From IMG/VR virus record IMGVR_UViG_3300036794_000032, positions 1-48,379 of that record: DNA of 48,379 bases; one strand, 5' to 3'. Source of the DNA: a virus (lineage: Duplodnaviria; Caudoviricetes). The position numbers and the translations under genes were made by a program. This document shows positions 36,875 through 45,766 of the stretch, in pieces. Below the pieces are notes generated by a model. The model had not been told where the DNA came from. It searched no databases and saw nothing but the letters and a program-made list of their open reading frames with translations. The stretch's first letter is position 1. Each line of letters starts with the position of its first letter.

Positions 36875-38022
36875 GCTGCGGCCGAACTGGTCGCGACCGC
36901 GCCACCCGAGGTGACGAACGCGGTGTACCAGGCGTCGATCTTCCGCACACCCAACGCGATCATCGGCGTGATGTCGTAGCTGAAATGGTCCGCGTTGTTC
37001 TGTGCGAACAGGAAGGTCAGCCCGTTGTAGATTTCCTCGACCATGCCGACGGGTTCCCCGAGGGCGTCGATGACGCTGACAACGGTCCCGAATGTCTGGT
37101 CAACGACCGCGTTGTAGACCAGTGTGCCGACCTTTCCGGCGCCCGAGGCGTCGTTCCACGGGTTCGCGGTATAGAGCTCGGTTTGCCCGTTGTCGCCCCC
37201 GAGCCACACATAGTCGTAGAAGATGCCCTCGGTGGTTTGCGCCGGAGTGAGACAGTCTGCGGGTCCGGCGATGCCCGACGTCGGCGCCCCGTCCTTCTGT
37301 GGTGACGGTCCCCAGCCGGCGTCGTCGTTGCCGTTGGCCGTGTCCGGTGCGCGCAGCGGGTTGCCCTCGGTGATGACGAACAGCACATCGTCCTGGCGGT
37401 GGTGCAGGGCGCCGCTGGGTGCGAGGACATCGTCGCGCCACCAGTGCGACCCGAGGATCGCGGACTGGCTGTAGAAGATGCACGCGCACGGACCGGACGG
37501 GTAAACCGGTCCGGGCCCGGCGCCGGCGCCCATCATGCGCTTCAGTTCGGTGCGGCCCATCTCCGCGGATGCGCCCATCGCCGGGCCGGTGACAGATGCC
37601 GGGTAGTTCCCGATCGGCTGGACGGTGACCTTCCCGGGGAGCGCCGCGGCGATCGCCAGGGCGATGCCGTAGGGCTGCGGCCAGTCGGCATCCCACATGT
37701 CGACGCCGGTCCCTTGCGCGGTGAAGATGGTGACCTTCGGAGGTTGGATGTAGCCGCAGCGAATCTGCCAGCTGTAGTTCATGATTCCGCTGATGGTCAG
37801 CCCGGGGTTGACTTTCGAGTTGTCGCCGTACGCGGTCTGCATGTGCGTGACGACGTCGACCATGGTCTGGTCGTAGGTCTGCGCCTCAGTGCCGCCGGCG
37901 TCGATGCTCGCCTTGAGCGGCGCGGCGTAGCTGAACTTGTTCGCCAGGAACACTTTCAGTTCCTCGACCGTGGCGCTGACGTCGCCGAGCCCGATCCCGA
38001 CCCACTTGCCGTTGATGTCCAT
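36871..38022 (-). CDS. lysB: Lysin B (mycolylarabinogalactan esterase-like)
   Basis: N-terminal PG-binding-like region; FTAQGTG, QPIGNYPA, YSQSA and GNPLR motifs; follows lysA. Confidence 0.88.
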   Translation of the reverse strand: MDINGKWVGIGLGDVSATVEELKVFLANKFSYAAPLKASIDAGGTEAQTYDQTMVDVVTHMQTAYGDNSKVNPGLTISGIMNYSWQIRCGYIQPPKVTIFTAQGTGVDMWDADWPQPYGIALAIAAALPGKVTVQPIGNYPASVTGPAMGASAEMGRTELKRMMGAGAGPGPVYPSGPCACIFYSQSAILGSHWWRDDVLAPSGALHHRQDDVLFVITEGNPLRAPDTANGNDDAGWGPSPQKDGAPTSGIAGPADCLTPAQTTEGIFYDYVWLGGDNGQTELYTANPWNDASGAGKVGTLVYNAVVDQTFGTVVSVIDALGEPVGMVEEIYNGLTFLFAQNNADHFSYDITPMIALGVRKIDAWYTAFVTSGGAVATSSAAA

Positions 38023-38025
38023 GCG

Positions 38026-39300
38026 TTATGTCCCTTCTGGGATGACGAGGACCTGACCAACAAAGATCAAGTCCCGGTTGGTGATTGATGATGGATTGGC
38101 GGCCAGAAGCGCGTCTTCGGTGACGCCGAACTGTCGCGCGATCCGATAGATCGAATCGCCGGCCGCCACCGTGTACGTCTGCGCCGAGTCGGGGACGGGC
38201 GCCGGCGCGGGTGCCGGTTGAGTGCCGCTGTATTGCGCGACCCAGTTCTCGAGCACATCCCACGGAAATTTCGGATACGGGGGCGAACCACCTTCCATAC
38301 CGCCGCTCACATCGGTGTGCGTGCTGCCGGGCGAGAACCCGGTGACGGTGATGGCGTAGTGGTCGGTGATCCCGGTTCCGTCAACGATTTTCGGGTAGTC
38401 GTCGCCGACAAGCACCTGTGTGCTCAACCCGAACTTCTGGCACTTCTGCACCGCCAAGAACGCGGCGCTCTGAATGCCGAGGCCCATGTTGTCGAGCCAT
38501 TCCTGGCGCGACCAGTTGACCGTCGACCCGGCGAAGCAGACGTTGATCGAGATCTCGTTGGCGGGATCGAGCACCGACCAGGAGCCGACATCGTCTGTCT
38601 CCATGCAGATCACGGAGCCGTCGGGGTTCACGATATAGCCATAGCTGACACCGTTATTGGCCATCCATTCCTCAAACGCTGAGCCGGTCATGTCGCCTTC
38701 CTCGGTGTGGAGGATGATGAGCCGGATATTCTCGCCGAGGCGGTCTTCGCAGTTGTCGTTGTTCTGCGACATATCGATCAGGTCGTAGGGGGCTTGGGTG
38801 TAGTTGGCCACGGGCGGATCCTCTGGGGCTGGGGCTGGGGATGGGGGCTGTACGGTGAGTCGCTCGTATTGCGCGACAGCCGCGTCGAATGCTTGGTCGT
38901 AGCGCGTCGGGAACGCCGACTGCTGCACGTCCTGCGCGAACGTCCCCGGGCTCGTGCCCGGATCGTTGTAGTTCATGCCGGCCAGGTGGTGATAGAACAT
39001 GGCCGCCGACAGTCGCGGATCCATTTCCTCAGCGACAGTCCCCCACCACATGAACTGTTGCTGAAAGGGGCCGACGGAGTCGTGGTCGTATCCGTCGCCG
39101 TCGTTTGGATAGTTCTCCGACTCAGGAACATTCGGGTTCGCGAGGTCGCGTTCGTTGGACTCGACGATCGCCGTGGACAGCGCGATCTGAATACCGCGCG
39201 GCGCGATGACCGGATGCAACGTCTCCGGTGTCCCATCGGTGCGCGCGGTCTGGCCCTCGGTGATGATCGCCAGTGCGACTTCGTCAGGCGTGTATGCCAT
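38026..39300 (-). CDS. lysA: Lysin A: transglycosylase-like domain + amidase-2 + LysM
   Basis: IAL.T.IVES...DSVGPFQQ...AQ.VQ.SAFP.RY; IILHTEEG..SINVCFAG..HTD; YTVAAGDSI..IARQFG...LIFVGQVLVIP. Start MAYTPD with RBS GAAAGGA. Confidence 0.9.
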   Translation of the reverse strand: MAYTPDEVALAIITEGQTARTDGTPETLHPVIAPRGIQIALSTAIVESNERDLANPNVPESENYPNDGDGYDHDSVGPFQQQFMWWGTVAEEMDPRLSAAMFYHHLAGMNYNDPGTSPGTFAQDVQQSAFPTRYDQAFDAAVAQYERLTVQPPSPAPAPEDPPVANYTQAPYDLIDMSQNNDNCEDRLGENIRLIILHTEEGDMTGSAFEEWMANNGVSYGYIVNPDGSVICMETDDVGSWSVLDPANEISINVCFAGSTVNWSRQEWLDNMGLGIQSAAFLAVQKCQKFGLSTQVLVGDDYPKIVDGTGITDHYAITVTGFSPGSTHTDVSGGMEGGSPPYPKFPWDVLENWVAQYSGTQPAPAPAPVPDSAQTYTVAAGDSIYRIARQFGVTEDALLAANPSSITNRDLIFVGQVLVIPEGT

Positions 39301-39323
39301 CTCGCATCCTTTCTTCGCGCGGC

Positions 39324-39363
39324 AAAAAGGCCAGCCCCGCATGTTTCGCGGGACTGGCCTTTT
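39324..39363. terminator. Intrinsic terminator (bidirectional form) upstream of lysA
   Basis: Minus strand reads AAAAGGCCAGTCCCGCG-AAACA-TGCGGGGCTGGCC-TTTTT. Confidence 0.75.
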
Positions 39364-39374
39364 CGGCTGCGTCG

Positions 39375-39650
39375 TTAGGAGCTCGGCGTCGGGGTAGGCG
39401 GTTCGAGGCCCTGAAGATCGGTCAAGGCCTGATTCAGCCCGGACAGGTCCGCTTCAGGCAGCGACTGCTGCAGCGATGCGATCTCCGACGACAGCGCAGT
39501 TTTCACTGCCTCGAGGTTCGTCGCGAGGTTGTCGAGATCAGTCTGGTCAACTTGTACTGCGGCCATGATTTGTTGGATTCCTTTCATCATTTCTACTTGT
39601 CCCCCCATGAGCTGCTTTGCCCACGGAGGAGGATTGCGGTTGAACCTCAT
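39375..39650 (-). CDS. Small coiled-coil hypothetical protein
   Basis: Heptad pattern; ATGA-coupled to the PLD gene. Confidence 0.65.
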   Translation of the reverse strand: MRFNRNPPPWAKQLMGGQVEMMKGIQQIMAAVQVDQTDLDNLATNLEAVKTALSSEIASLQQSLPEADLSGLNQALTDLQGLEPPTPTPSS

Positions 39651-40195
39651 TGCGCGCCTTTCTTCGCGAGCATGTTGGCGTGGATCGCGTCGACGCGGGC
39701 GCGCGCCTCAGCCGCCACATACGGGTCGGCGATCACCGTAAGTTGGTTGTCCTGCTTGGTTTCCGCACCCGTAGACCAGTTCGTCGAACCGGTCACCACC
39801 ACGACACCGTCGATGATCAGTAACTTCAGATGCATGATCGCGCCATGCTCGGAACGCCCGACCGCGATCGACGACGCCGGATAATCGTTGTGGGCCAACA
39901 GTTCGCGTTCGTGCGTCCCACCGGCCTGCGAGCTGTCCAACGTGAGCTGGACGAAGCAGTGCTCGTGCTCAAGTTTCGCTTGCAAGGTGTCGGCGAGCTC
40001 AGGGTCGTCGAAGCCGTACATCGCGACGACGAGGGACTTCTCGGCTGATGCGAGGAGGTACTTCAGTGCGCCGTGAAGGTCGTCGACCGGCGCATAGAAA
40101 GTGCGGTGCGTGTCCGGGTAGCCGGGCGGAAACGGCCCATTTTTGAATTGGTCGAGGACCGCGAGGCTGGTGAGTGGGTGTTCGCGGCAGATCAC
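39647..40195 (-). CDS. Phospholipase D superfamily protein (single HKD, Nuc-like)
   Basis: VAMYGF and MHLKLLIIDG....TGSTNWS motifs. Confidence 0.88.
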   Translation of the reverse strand: MICREHPLTSLAVLDQFKNGPFPPGYPDTHRTFYAPVDDLHGALKYLLASAEKSLVVAMYGFDDPELADTLQAKLEHEHCFVQLTLDSSQAGGTHERELLAHNDYPASSIAVGRSEHGAIMHLKLLIIDGVVVVTGSTNWSTGAETKQDNQLTVIADPYVAAEARARVDAIHANMLAKKGAQ

Positions 40196-41088
40196 TCGCC
40201 GCCGACCTCAGCCGCGCTCAAACCTGCTTCCGGAGCCTGCTCCGGTGCGTCGTCGATGTCTTGCAGCATCGGCAGATCGGCGGTGAGCTGCTCCCAGTTC
40301 AACCCGTTGAGATCAATTCCGTTGCGCAGCTTATCTTTCGAAAGCAGCGCATAGGTTTCGTCGCTGCCCTGCTCATAGCCCGTCTTACCGACCAGGCCGA
40401 TACGACCCCACGTCGCGGATGGCGCGATGTTGTCATCGCCGTCGAATGCCACGCCGACGATGTAGTGGCCGCCTTCGACGTTGCGGCGGCGCCGCGCGAG
40501 CCATGGCTTGTTCTGCTGGAACGCGGTCTGCCATTCTTCGTCGAGCTCGAGGCCGATCGTGACGCCGTCGGCGTACCAGCTGGCGTACCAGAGCTGTTCC
40601 CAGTTGCCGGGTTCGAGAGGGATCGCGGCGCCGATAAGGTGGGGGCGGCCGGCGGCGTCGGCGATGCCGTTGGTGTACCAGTACTTCAGCAGGGAGGGTA
40701 CGGCTGTTCCCTGGTCGGTCGGGTTCTGCGGCGCTTCGGGGTCGATGTTGGCGGCGCCGTTGCCGTCGAACCCGGTGATCTCCGGGCCCTGCACGTAGCC
40801 GGTGATCGCCGAATAATTCTCGACAGCAGCCTTATCGGTGACGGGGATCGCGATCCCGGCTTCGGCGTTCCACAGCTGGGTTTGATGCAAGGCTCCGGCG
40901 ATCGCGCAGTCACCGATGATGTTGTTGCACAGCATCGGGAAGCCGCCGGCGACGAGCCTGTCATGCCCGAACTTCCTGGGTGGGTCCGCGAGTTTCGCGA
41001 TGTCGAAGTAGTCGGTGAATCGGCCTTTGACAGCGCCCGGGCGCGCCGGCAGCTTGCCGAGCTTGTTGCGGGTCAGTTGATCAGCCAT
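40192..41088 (-). CDS. Putative papain-like cysteine peptidase
   Basis: N..IGDCAIAG, DQGT, GGHYI.GV and TWG motifs; start MADQLT at 41088. Confidence 0.65.
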   Translation of the reverse strand: MADQLTRNKLGKLPARPGAVKGRFTDYFDIAKLADPPRKFGHDRLVAGGFPMLCNNIIGDCAIAGALHQTQLWNAEAGIAIPVTDKAAVENYSAITGYVQGPEITGFDGNGAANIDPEAPQNPTDQGTAVPSLLKYWYTNGIADAAGRPHLIGAAIPLEPGNWEQLWYASWYADGVTIGLELDEEWQTAFQQNKPWLARRRRNVEGGHYIVGVAFDGDDNIAPSATWGRIGLVGKTGYEQGSDETYALLSKDKLRNGIDLNGLNWEQLTADLPMLQDIDDAPEQAPEAGLSAAEVGGE

Positions 41089-41198
41089 GCGATTTCCGTT
41101 CCGCCGTCTTGGATTTGGATGACGAGCACAAAAATGGCGCCCCCTGCGAGGACGCCTAGCAGTGATCCGGCCGCGAGTGCGGCCACATATCGGTGCAT
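41073..41198 (-). CDS. 41-aa membrane peptide
   Basis: MHRYVAALAAGSLLGVLAGGAIFVLVIQ... fills the intergenic gap (manual translation). Confidence 0.45.
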   Translation of the reverse strand: MHRYVAALAAGSLLGVLAGGAIFVLVIQIQDGGTEIAWLIN

Positions 41199-41203
41199 GT
41201 TGT

Positions 41204-42130
41204 TTATGCGTAAACCCAGCGCAGTCGGCCGTAGGGACCGCCGCCTGCACCGCCAGCACCGCTAGCGTTTCCGTTGAGGCTGGCACCACCGCCAGCGCCT
41301 CCGGCACCATTCCCGAGCGCAGTTGCTCCTGCTTGGGCTGCACCGGTGATAGAAGCTGCACCGCCGCCAGCGCCTTGACCACCGATCCCGGCTACAGCAG
41401 CACTACCGCCAGATGGGGAAGCTCCCCCGACAACTCCTGCCGCGGCACCTGTTAAACCGTATTGCAGAGTTTGCCAACCGCCAGCACCGCCTGCGCTGGC
41501 TGAATCGGCGGCTGTGATCCCTCCTCCGGCCCCTCCACCGCTTGGAGCGCCGCTGGTAGATTGCGCCCCAGCAGCTCCGACGCCTCCAGTTACGCTGGCG
41601 CTGCCGCCGGCGCTCCCGTTAAATTGGCCTTGGCCGAACACTCCGCCTGTTCCGGTCGAAGCTGTTCCGCCAGCAGCAGCCGCACCCACAACTGTTGATA
41701 CCAGGAGTGATCCGGTGGCGAAGGACGCAGCCGCCGGGGCACCGCCCGGGTTGCCGTTTGTGCTATCGGTGGTTACCGCGGCCCCTCCTGCTCCCGCGGC
41801 GGGGAGTGTGAGGGTGAACGTGCTCCCAAATAGTGTGGAGGGAATAAAATAGTTGACGATCATCGCGCCGGAAGCGCCGCCGCCGCCGCCGCAACGCACC
41901 GATGCTGCCGCGCCGCGCCGACCGCTTCCGCCGCCGCCGCCTGGTCCGATCAAAGACTCGATCCACACGCCAATAGGGAATTCACCGTTCGGGCCGAGCG
42001 GTATAGCTACACCGGTTTGCGTGGTGAAGTATTCGGCGCGCGTTGACAATCCGATTAATGCTTCTGGAGGGATGTTTCGGAAAATGTTGTAGAGGCCGTC
42101 GAACACTGTGCGGCGTCGGTAGAAACTCAT
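41204..42130 (-). CDS. Glycine-rich minor tail protein
   Basis: GPGGGGGSGRRG and many GAGGG repeats. Confidence 0.8.
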   Translation of the reverse strand: MSFYRRRTVFDGLYNIFRNIPPEALIGLSTRAEYFTTQTGVAIPLGPNGEFPIGVWIESLIGPGGGGGSGRRGAAASVRCGGGGGASGAMIVNYFIPSTLFGSTFTLTLPAAGAGGAAVTTDSTNGNPGGAPAAASFATGSLLVSTVVGAAAAGGTASTGTGGVFGQGQFNGSAGGSASVTGGVGAAGAQSTSGAPSGGGAGGGITAADSASAGGAGGWQTLQYGLTGAAAGVVGGASPSGGSAAVAGIGGQGAGGGAASITGAAQAGATALGNGAGGAGGGASLNGNASGAGGAGGGPYGRLRWVYA

Positions 42131-43899
42131 GTCAGTAGTCCTCCTGTGGTCAAGTTGCGGATGGTCACTTCTCCGACGCGAACTGTCGCAGTTCCCGATG
42201 TGACCGAGGGAAGCCAGACCAGAAGCTTCATGTCGGTCATGGCCGAAAGGACGGTTAATTCGACGTACAGTTCCCCGTCTTCGGCATCCCCCGTCCAGTT
42301 CTCAATGCCGTTGTAGAGGGCCGTCACGCTGCTTCCGCCAGGGGGCGTAAATCCGCCCGGCGTATCCGTCAATAAACAGACGTCAAATACGGCACCGGCC
42401 GCTTCTATGTTTTGTGTCTGAACTCGGCAGCTGAAAGCAATGACGTCGCCCACCGACCAACCGGTAGTGATGGAGGCTTGAAGAGAAGGCGTCTGACCCG
42501 TAGACGCGGTCATTTGCTGCCATTTGCCGTACAAGTTGTCGGAAGCCAGCGGCGTTACTAGGGAGAACGTTCCTGCACCTGATGCGGTCAGCCCGTCCGC
42601 CACACCGTCGGAGTTGGTGTCGGTAGTGAATAGGCCGAGGTTGATGGTGCCGTTGTTGAACAGGTTCGACAGGTCGTTGGTTTGACGGGCTGTGTGAACG
42701 AGGCTGTTGGGTGGGAACATATCGGCTACCCCATCGGAGATGGCCTGCTGTGCGATCGCCCGCTGTCCAGCACCGGTTGGGTGAATCAGATCGGACTGTC
42801 CGAGACCAGAAATGTAGGTGCCGTCGATGGCGGCGCACGCAGTGTGAGCGTCGATCACCGCAAACCCGTTCAGAGATGCATACCTCCTGATCCAGGAATT
42901 CCACTGGTGAATGTTGGCCTGGTAGGTGGACGGTGATCCGCCGAAGTTGTTCGGCGGAACACACCAGAGGATCGGTGCAATCCCCGCGTTGAGCAGTCCT
43001 GCCACAATAGATTTCAACGTGGTCTTCATCGCCGTGAAGTTCGGGTTAGGCGATGAAACCTGATCCAAATCGTTACTGGCGGAGGCGACCACGCATGCAC
43101 CCGGAAGGGGATTCATCGCGACGACTTGCGGCAACTGCACCGTTAAAGCACTGTTCAGGTTGGAACCTGAGATCGCGAAGTCGGCGCCCGCGTAGCGGAT
43201 GCGCTGATGGGTCATGACCTGGAGCTGCTGTAGATAGTTCTGGCCGATCGACGGGCCGTAGCCCAGCAGGTTGCCCCACCAGGTAATCGAGTCGCCAAGC
43301 GCCGCAATCGTGTTACGCCCTGGCCGGATCTGGGCGCTGTGGTAGCGGTTGTCCAGAGCGGCTACCGGATTGATAGCCCCCGACGGCGCCCAATACTTCG
43401 TTCCAGAGACGGATATGACCTGAAACTCGCGCTGCTCTCCGGACATTGGGAACGTGGCCGATGTTGCTGCGGACGAGTAAAACGTGTCTGACCCGGCGCA
43501 CGACAAGGTGACCGTGTTGGCTGATGCGTCGGCCGGGTCACGGCGGACCGCCAGTCGTGCACCCACCCGCAGTCCAGATAATGCCGGAAGCGTTGGGGTC
43601 AGATTGCCGGAAGCGGCGTTGTACCAGGTGCTTTGACCGATCGCCGGGGCGGCGCTGGTGTTGGCGATAGTAACGGTGGTCAACGGTTCCGAGACGTTGG
43701 TGGCGCCGATGGCCATTGTGCCGTCAGCGTTATCGACCATGGTCTCGGCCACGTAGGGCAGCGATGGCCACGCTGTGGATCCGTCCCCTACCTTTACTTT
43801 TTTAGTATCGGTCTCGAAACCCAATTCTCCCTGCGCTAAAACAGTTGCAGCGGTCGTCCACGCCGAGGCGGTGCCGCGCCGAAATTGAATCTGAGTCAT
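42127..43899 (-). CDS. Tail fibre/spike with Mtd-N/hyaluronidase-N-like head and SGNH hydrolase domain
   Basis: QIQFRRGTA..W.....LAQGELGFETDT.K.KVGDG..W..LPY; LGDSIT, SND and DLIHP..AG motifs. Confidence 0.8.
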   Translation of the reverse strand: MTQIQFRRGTASAWTTAATVLAQGELGFETDTKKVKVGDGSTAWPSLPYVAETMVDNADGTMAIGATNVSEPLTTVTIANTSAAPAIGQSTWYNAASGNLTPTLPALSGLRVGARLAVRRDPADASANTVTLSCAGSDTFYSSAATSATFPMSGEQREFQVISVSGTKYWAPSGAINPVAALDNRYHSAQIRPGRNTIAALGDSITWWGNLLGYGPSIGQNYLQQLQVMTHQRIRYAGADFAISGSNLNSALTVQLPQVVAMNPLPGACVVASASNDLDQVSSPNPNFTAMKTTLKSIVAGLLNAGIAPILWCVPPNNFGGSPSTYQANIHQWNSWIRRYASLNGFAVIDAHTACAAIDGTYISGLGQSDLIHPTGAGQRAIAQQAISDGVADMFPPNSLVHTARQTNDLSNLFNNGTINLGLFTTDTNSDGVADGLTASGAGTFSLVTPLASDNLYGKWQQMTASTGQTPSLQASITTGWSVGDVIAFSCRVQTQNIEAAGAVFDVCLLTDTPGGFTPPGGSSVTALYNGIENWTGDAEDGELYVELTVLSAMTDMKLLVWLPSVTSGTATVRVGEVTIRNLTTGGLLT

Positions 43900-44513
43900 G
43901 GTGTTCCTCCGTCAATCGTGAATCCGGTTCCCGAGTTTGCAGGTGTGCCGCCGTCCACAGTGGGAGGCAGCGTGAGAGTTATTGATGCCCAACTTGATAA
44001 CGATGTGGGCGGGGATGCGATCAGGTAATAGAACGTGTTCAAGTCGGATCGGTAGCAGTAGTCGCCGAGTTTGCCCGTTAATGCCAGCATCGCCGCCTGA
44101 GATGTGATCGCGCCTAGGTATGACGCGGCTATTTGGACGGCTGTTGCGCCCGCTGCGGGGGCTACCGCGCTCAGGTCGATGGTGGTTGCGTTGGTGGGTG
44201 CCTGGAAGGTGATGGGGCTGAGGTTCAACACGACGCTTTCGCCGTCGTTGGTGTAGTAGAAGTCTTTGAATGTTGCTGTGTAGTAGAGGTTTCCGCTGAT
44301 GTTGAGGTCGGTGGTGTTGGCGAGCAGCTGGATAGGCACCATCACGTTGTTCTGGACTTGAGTCGATTCCGGGGTGGGAATCACCAGGAGGCTGTTGGCC
44401 GGGACCGCGAGAACGCCGTCGTTTTCGACGAGCATCTGCAGTTCCACGAAGCCGGATATTTCCCCGCTGGGGGATACGGGACCCCATGTACCGGTGAGCG
44501 TGAAGAATTGCAT
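43896..44513 (-). CDS. Minor tail protein
   Basis: ITFQAP...IDL segment and SQAAMLAL...GD...RSD...W motif. Confidence 0.7.
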   Translation of the reverse strand: MQFFTLTGTWGPVSPSGEISGFVELQMLVENDGVLAVPANSLLVIPTPESTQVQNNVMVPIQLLANTTDLNISGNLYYTATFKDFYYTNDGESVVLNLSPITFQAPTNATTIDLSAVAPAAGATAVQIAASYLGAITSQAAMLALTGKLGDYCYRSDLNTFYYLIASPPTSLSSWASITLTLPPTVDGGTPANSGTGFTIDGGTP

Positions 44514-44569
44514 CTACGCCTGCTCCTTATTCTTGAATCTATCTGCGGTAGTAAGCATTACGGTCAAAC

Positions 44570-45766
44570 TCACATCTTGTTCATCGACCAATAGGTCAGG
44601 ATGTTGTTCGACTCTCCGAACACCTGAAGTCCGGATAGGAAGCTCGTCGGCTGTGTCGCGTCGACGTACACGATCGGGACTATCTGGTCACCGGCGGCGC
44701 AGAGAATGGGGCAGCTGCCGCCGATCGCGGTCGGTGCCCACTGGGTAGAGAAGACGTTCACACCCACGCTTGAGCCGAGCGCGAGTTGCTCAAGGGTGCC
44801 GTTCTTCAGATAGCCGACGTAGATGGACACCACACCGCTGCCGGAGATCGGGAACGCTTGGCTGCGAAGCTGAAACAGATATTGCCCAGGGTCATTTATG
44901 GTGATGGCGTCGTGACCACCCGAAGTGCTGGAGACAATTCCGGACGTCATGGCGGTAGTGACGTTGAAGAACCCGTTAGGGAAATATCCCCAAGCCATCG
45001 CGGAAGTCGGCGGAGATTGGTTCGTGGCGACGCTGATCGACTGAGCGGTCGGAGACGAGCACGCTTTCCGGAACCCGACCGAGGTCACCTGCGAACCGGC
45101 GACCGTAGCAGGAGCACCACCACCCGTCATGGCGGCGTTGTAGTCCTTGACCATTTGAACGTCGGCGTTGACAGCGGTCACCGTCATGCCGTCAAAAATC
45201 TGTCCGACTTGGCCGATCGCGGTCTGGTTGGTTTGGATAGCCGCGCCGGGATCGGCTCCGACAGTCGCTGTCGTGGCTGCTGCGCTGGTCTGGCCGAGTA
45301 GCAACTTGATGTCGGCCTGCGCGGCGCAGAACGTCCGCAGGCCATTGGTTCCCAGCGTTGTCGGGGTGTCTGTGGTTGCGCCGTACTGATAGACGACGTG
45401 GAACGGGTCGGCGAAGATGATCCAGAGATCTTCGGGGAGCCGAGACCACCAGCCCGCTTGAGTAGTGGCCTGCCCATTTGCCGTGTTCGCGGTTGTCTGC
45501 GCCCCATTCGCCGCCGACAACGCATTCGCCGCCGCGGTCTGCAACGCCGTCGCCCACGTGGTCAACCCGAGGAACGACGCGGCGGCCGGCCCGATGACCC
45601 CCGCGACGGCCAGCAGCACCTGCGCCAGCGTCTCGTCGGTGAACGCCGTCCAATACGCTTGCGCCTGCTGCTGTGTGAGCGGCTGCGTCGCCTTCGAGCT
45701 CGCGGGAATCGAGTGCACCGATGGCAGCGGCGCAACCTGATCACCCCAATTTGGGCCGGCTGTCAC
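44570..45766 (-). CDS. Minor tail protein
   Basis: 398 aa, helical N-terminus and beta-rich C-terminus; synteny. Confidence 0.72.
   Translation of the reverse strand: MTAGPNWGDQVAPLPSVHSIPASSKATQPLTQQQAQAYWTAFTDETLAQVLLAVAGVIGPAAASFLGLTTWATALQTAAANALSAANGAQTTANTANGQATTQAGWWSRLPEDLWIIFADPFHVVYQYGATTDTPTTLGTNGLRTFCAAQADIKLLLGQTSAAATTATVGADPGAAIQTNQTAIGQVGQIFDGMTVTAVNADVQMVKDYNAAMTGGGAPATVAGSQVTSVGFRKACSSPTAQSISVATNQSPPTSAMAWGYFPNGFFNVTTAMTSGIVSSTSGGHDAITINDPGQYLFQLRSQAFPISGSGVVSIYVGYLKNGTLEQLALGSSVGVNVFSTQWAPTAIGGSCPILCAAGDQIVPIVYVDATQPTSFLSGLQVFGESNNILTYWSMNKM

Noticed and set aside
42127-43899. Diversity-generating retroelement suggested by the Mtd-N-like domain
   Set aside because: No reverse transcriptase, Avd-like gene or TR/VR adenine-mismatch repeat pair was found in the window.
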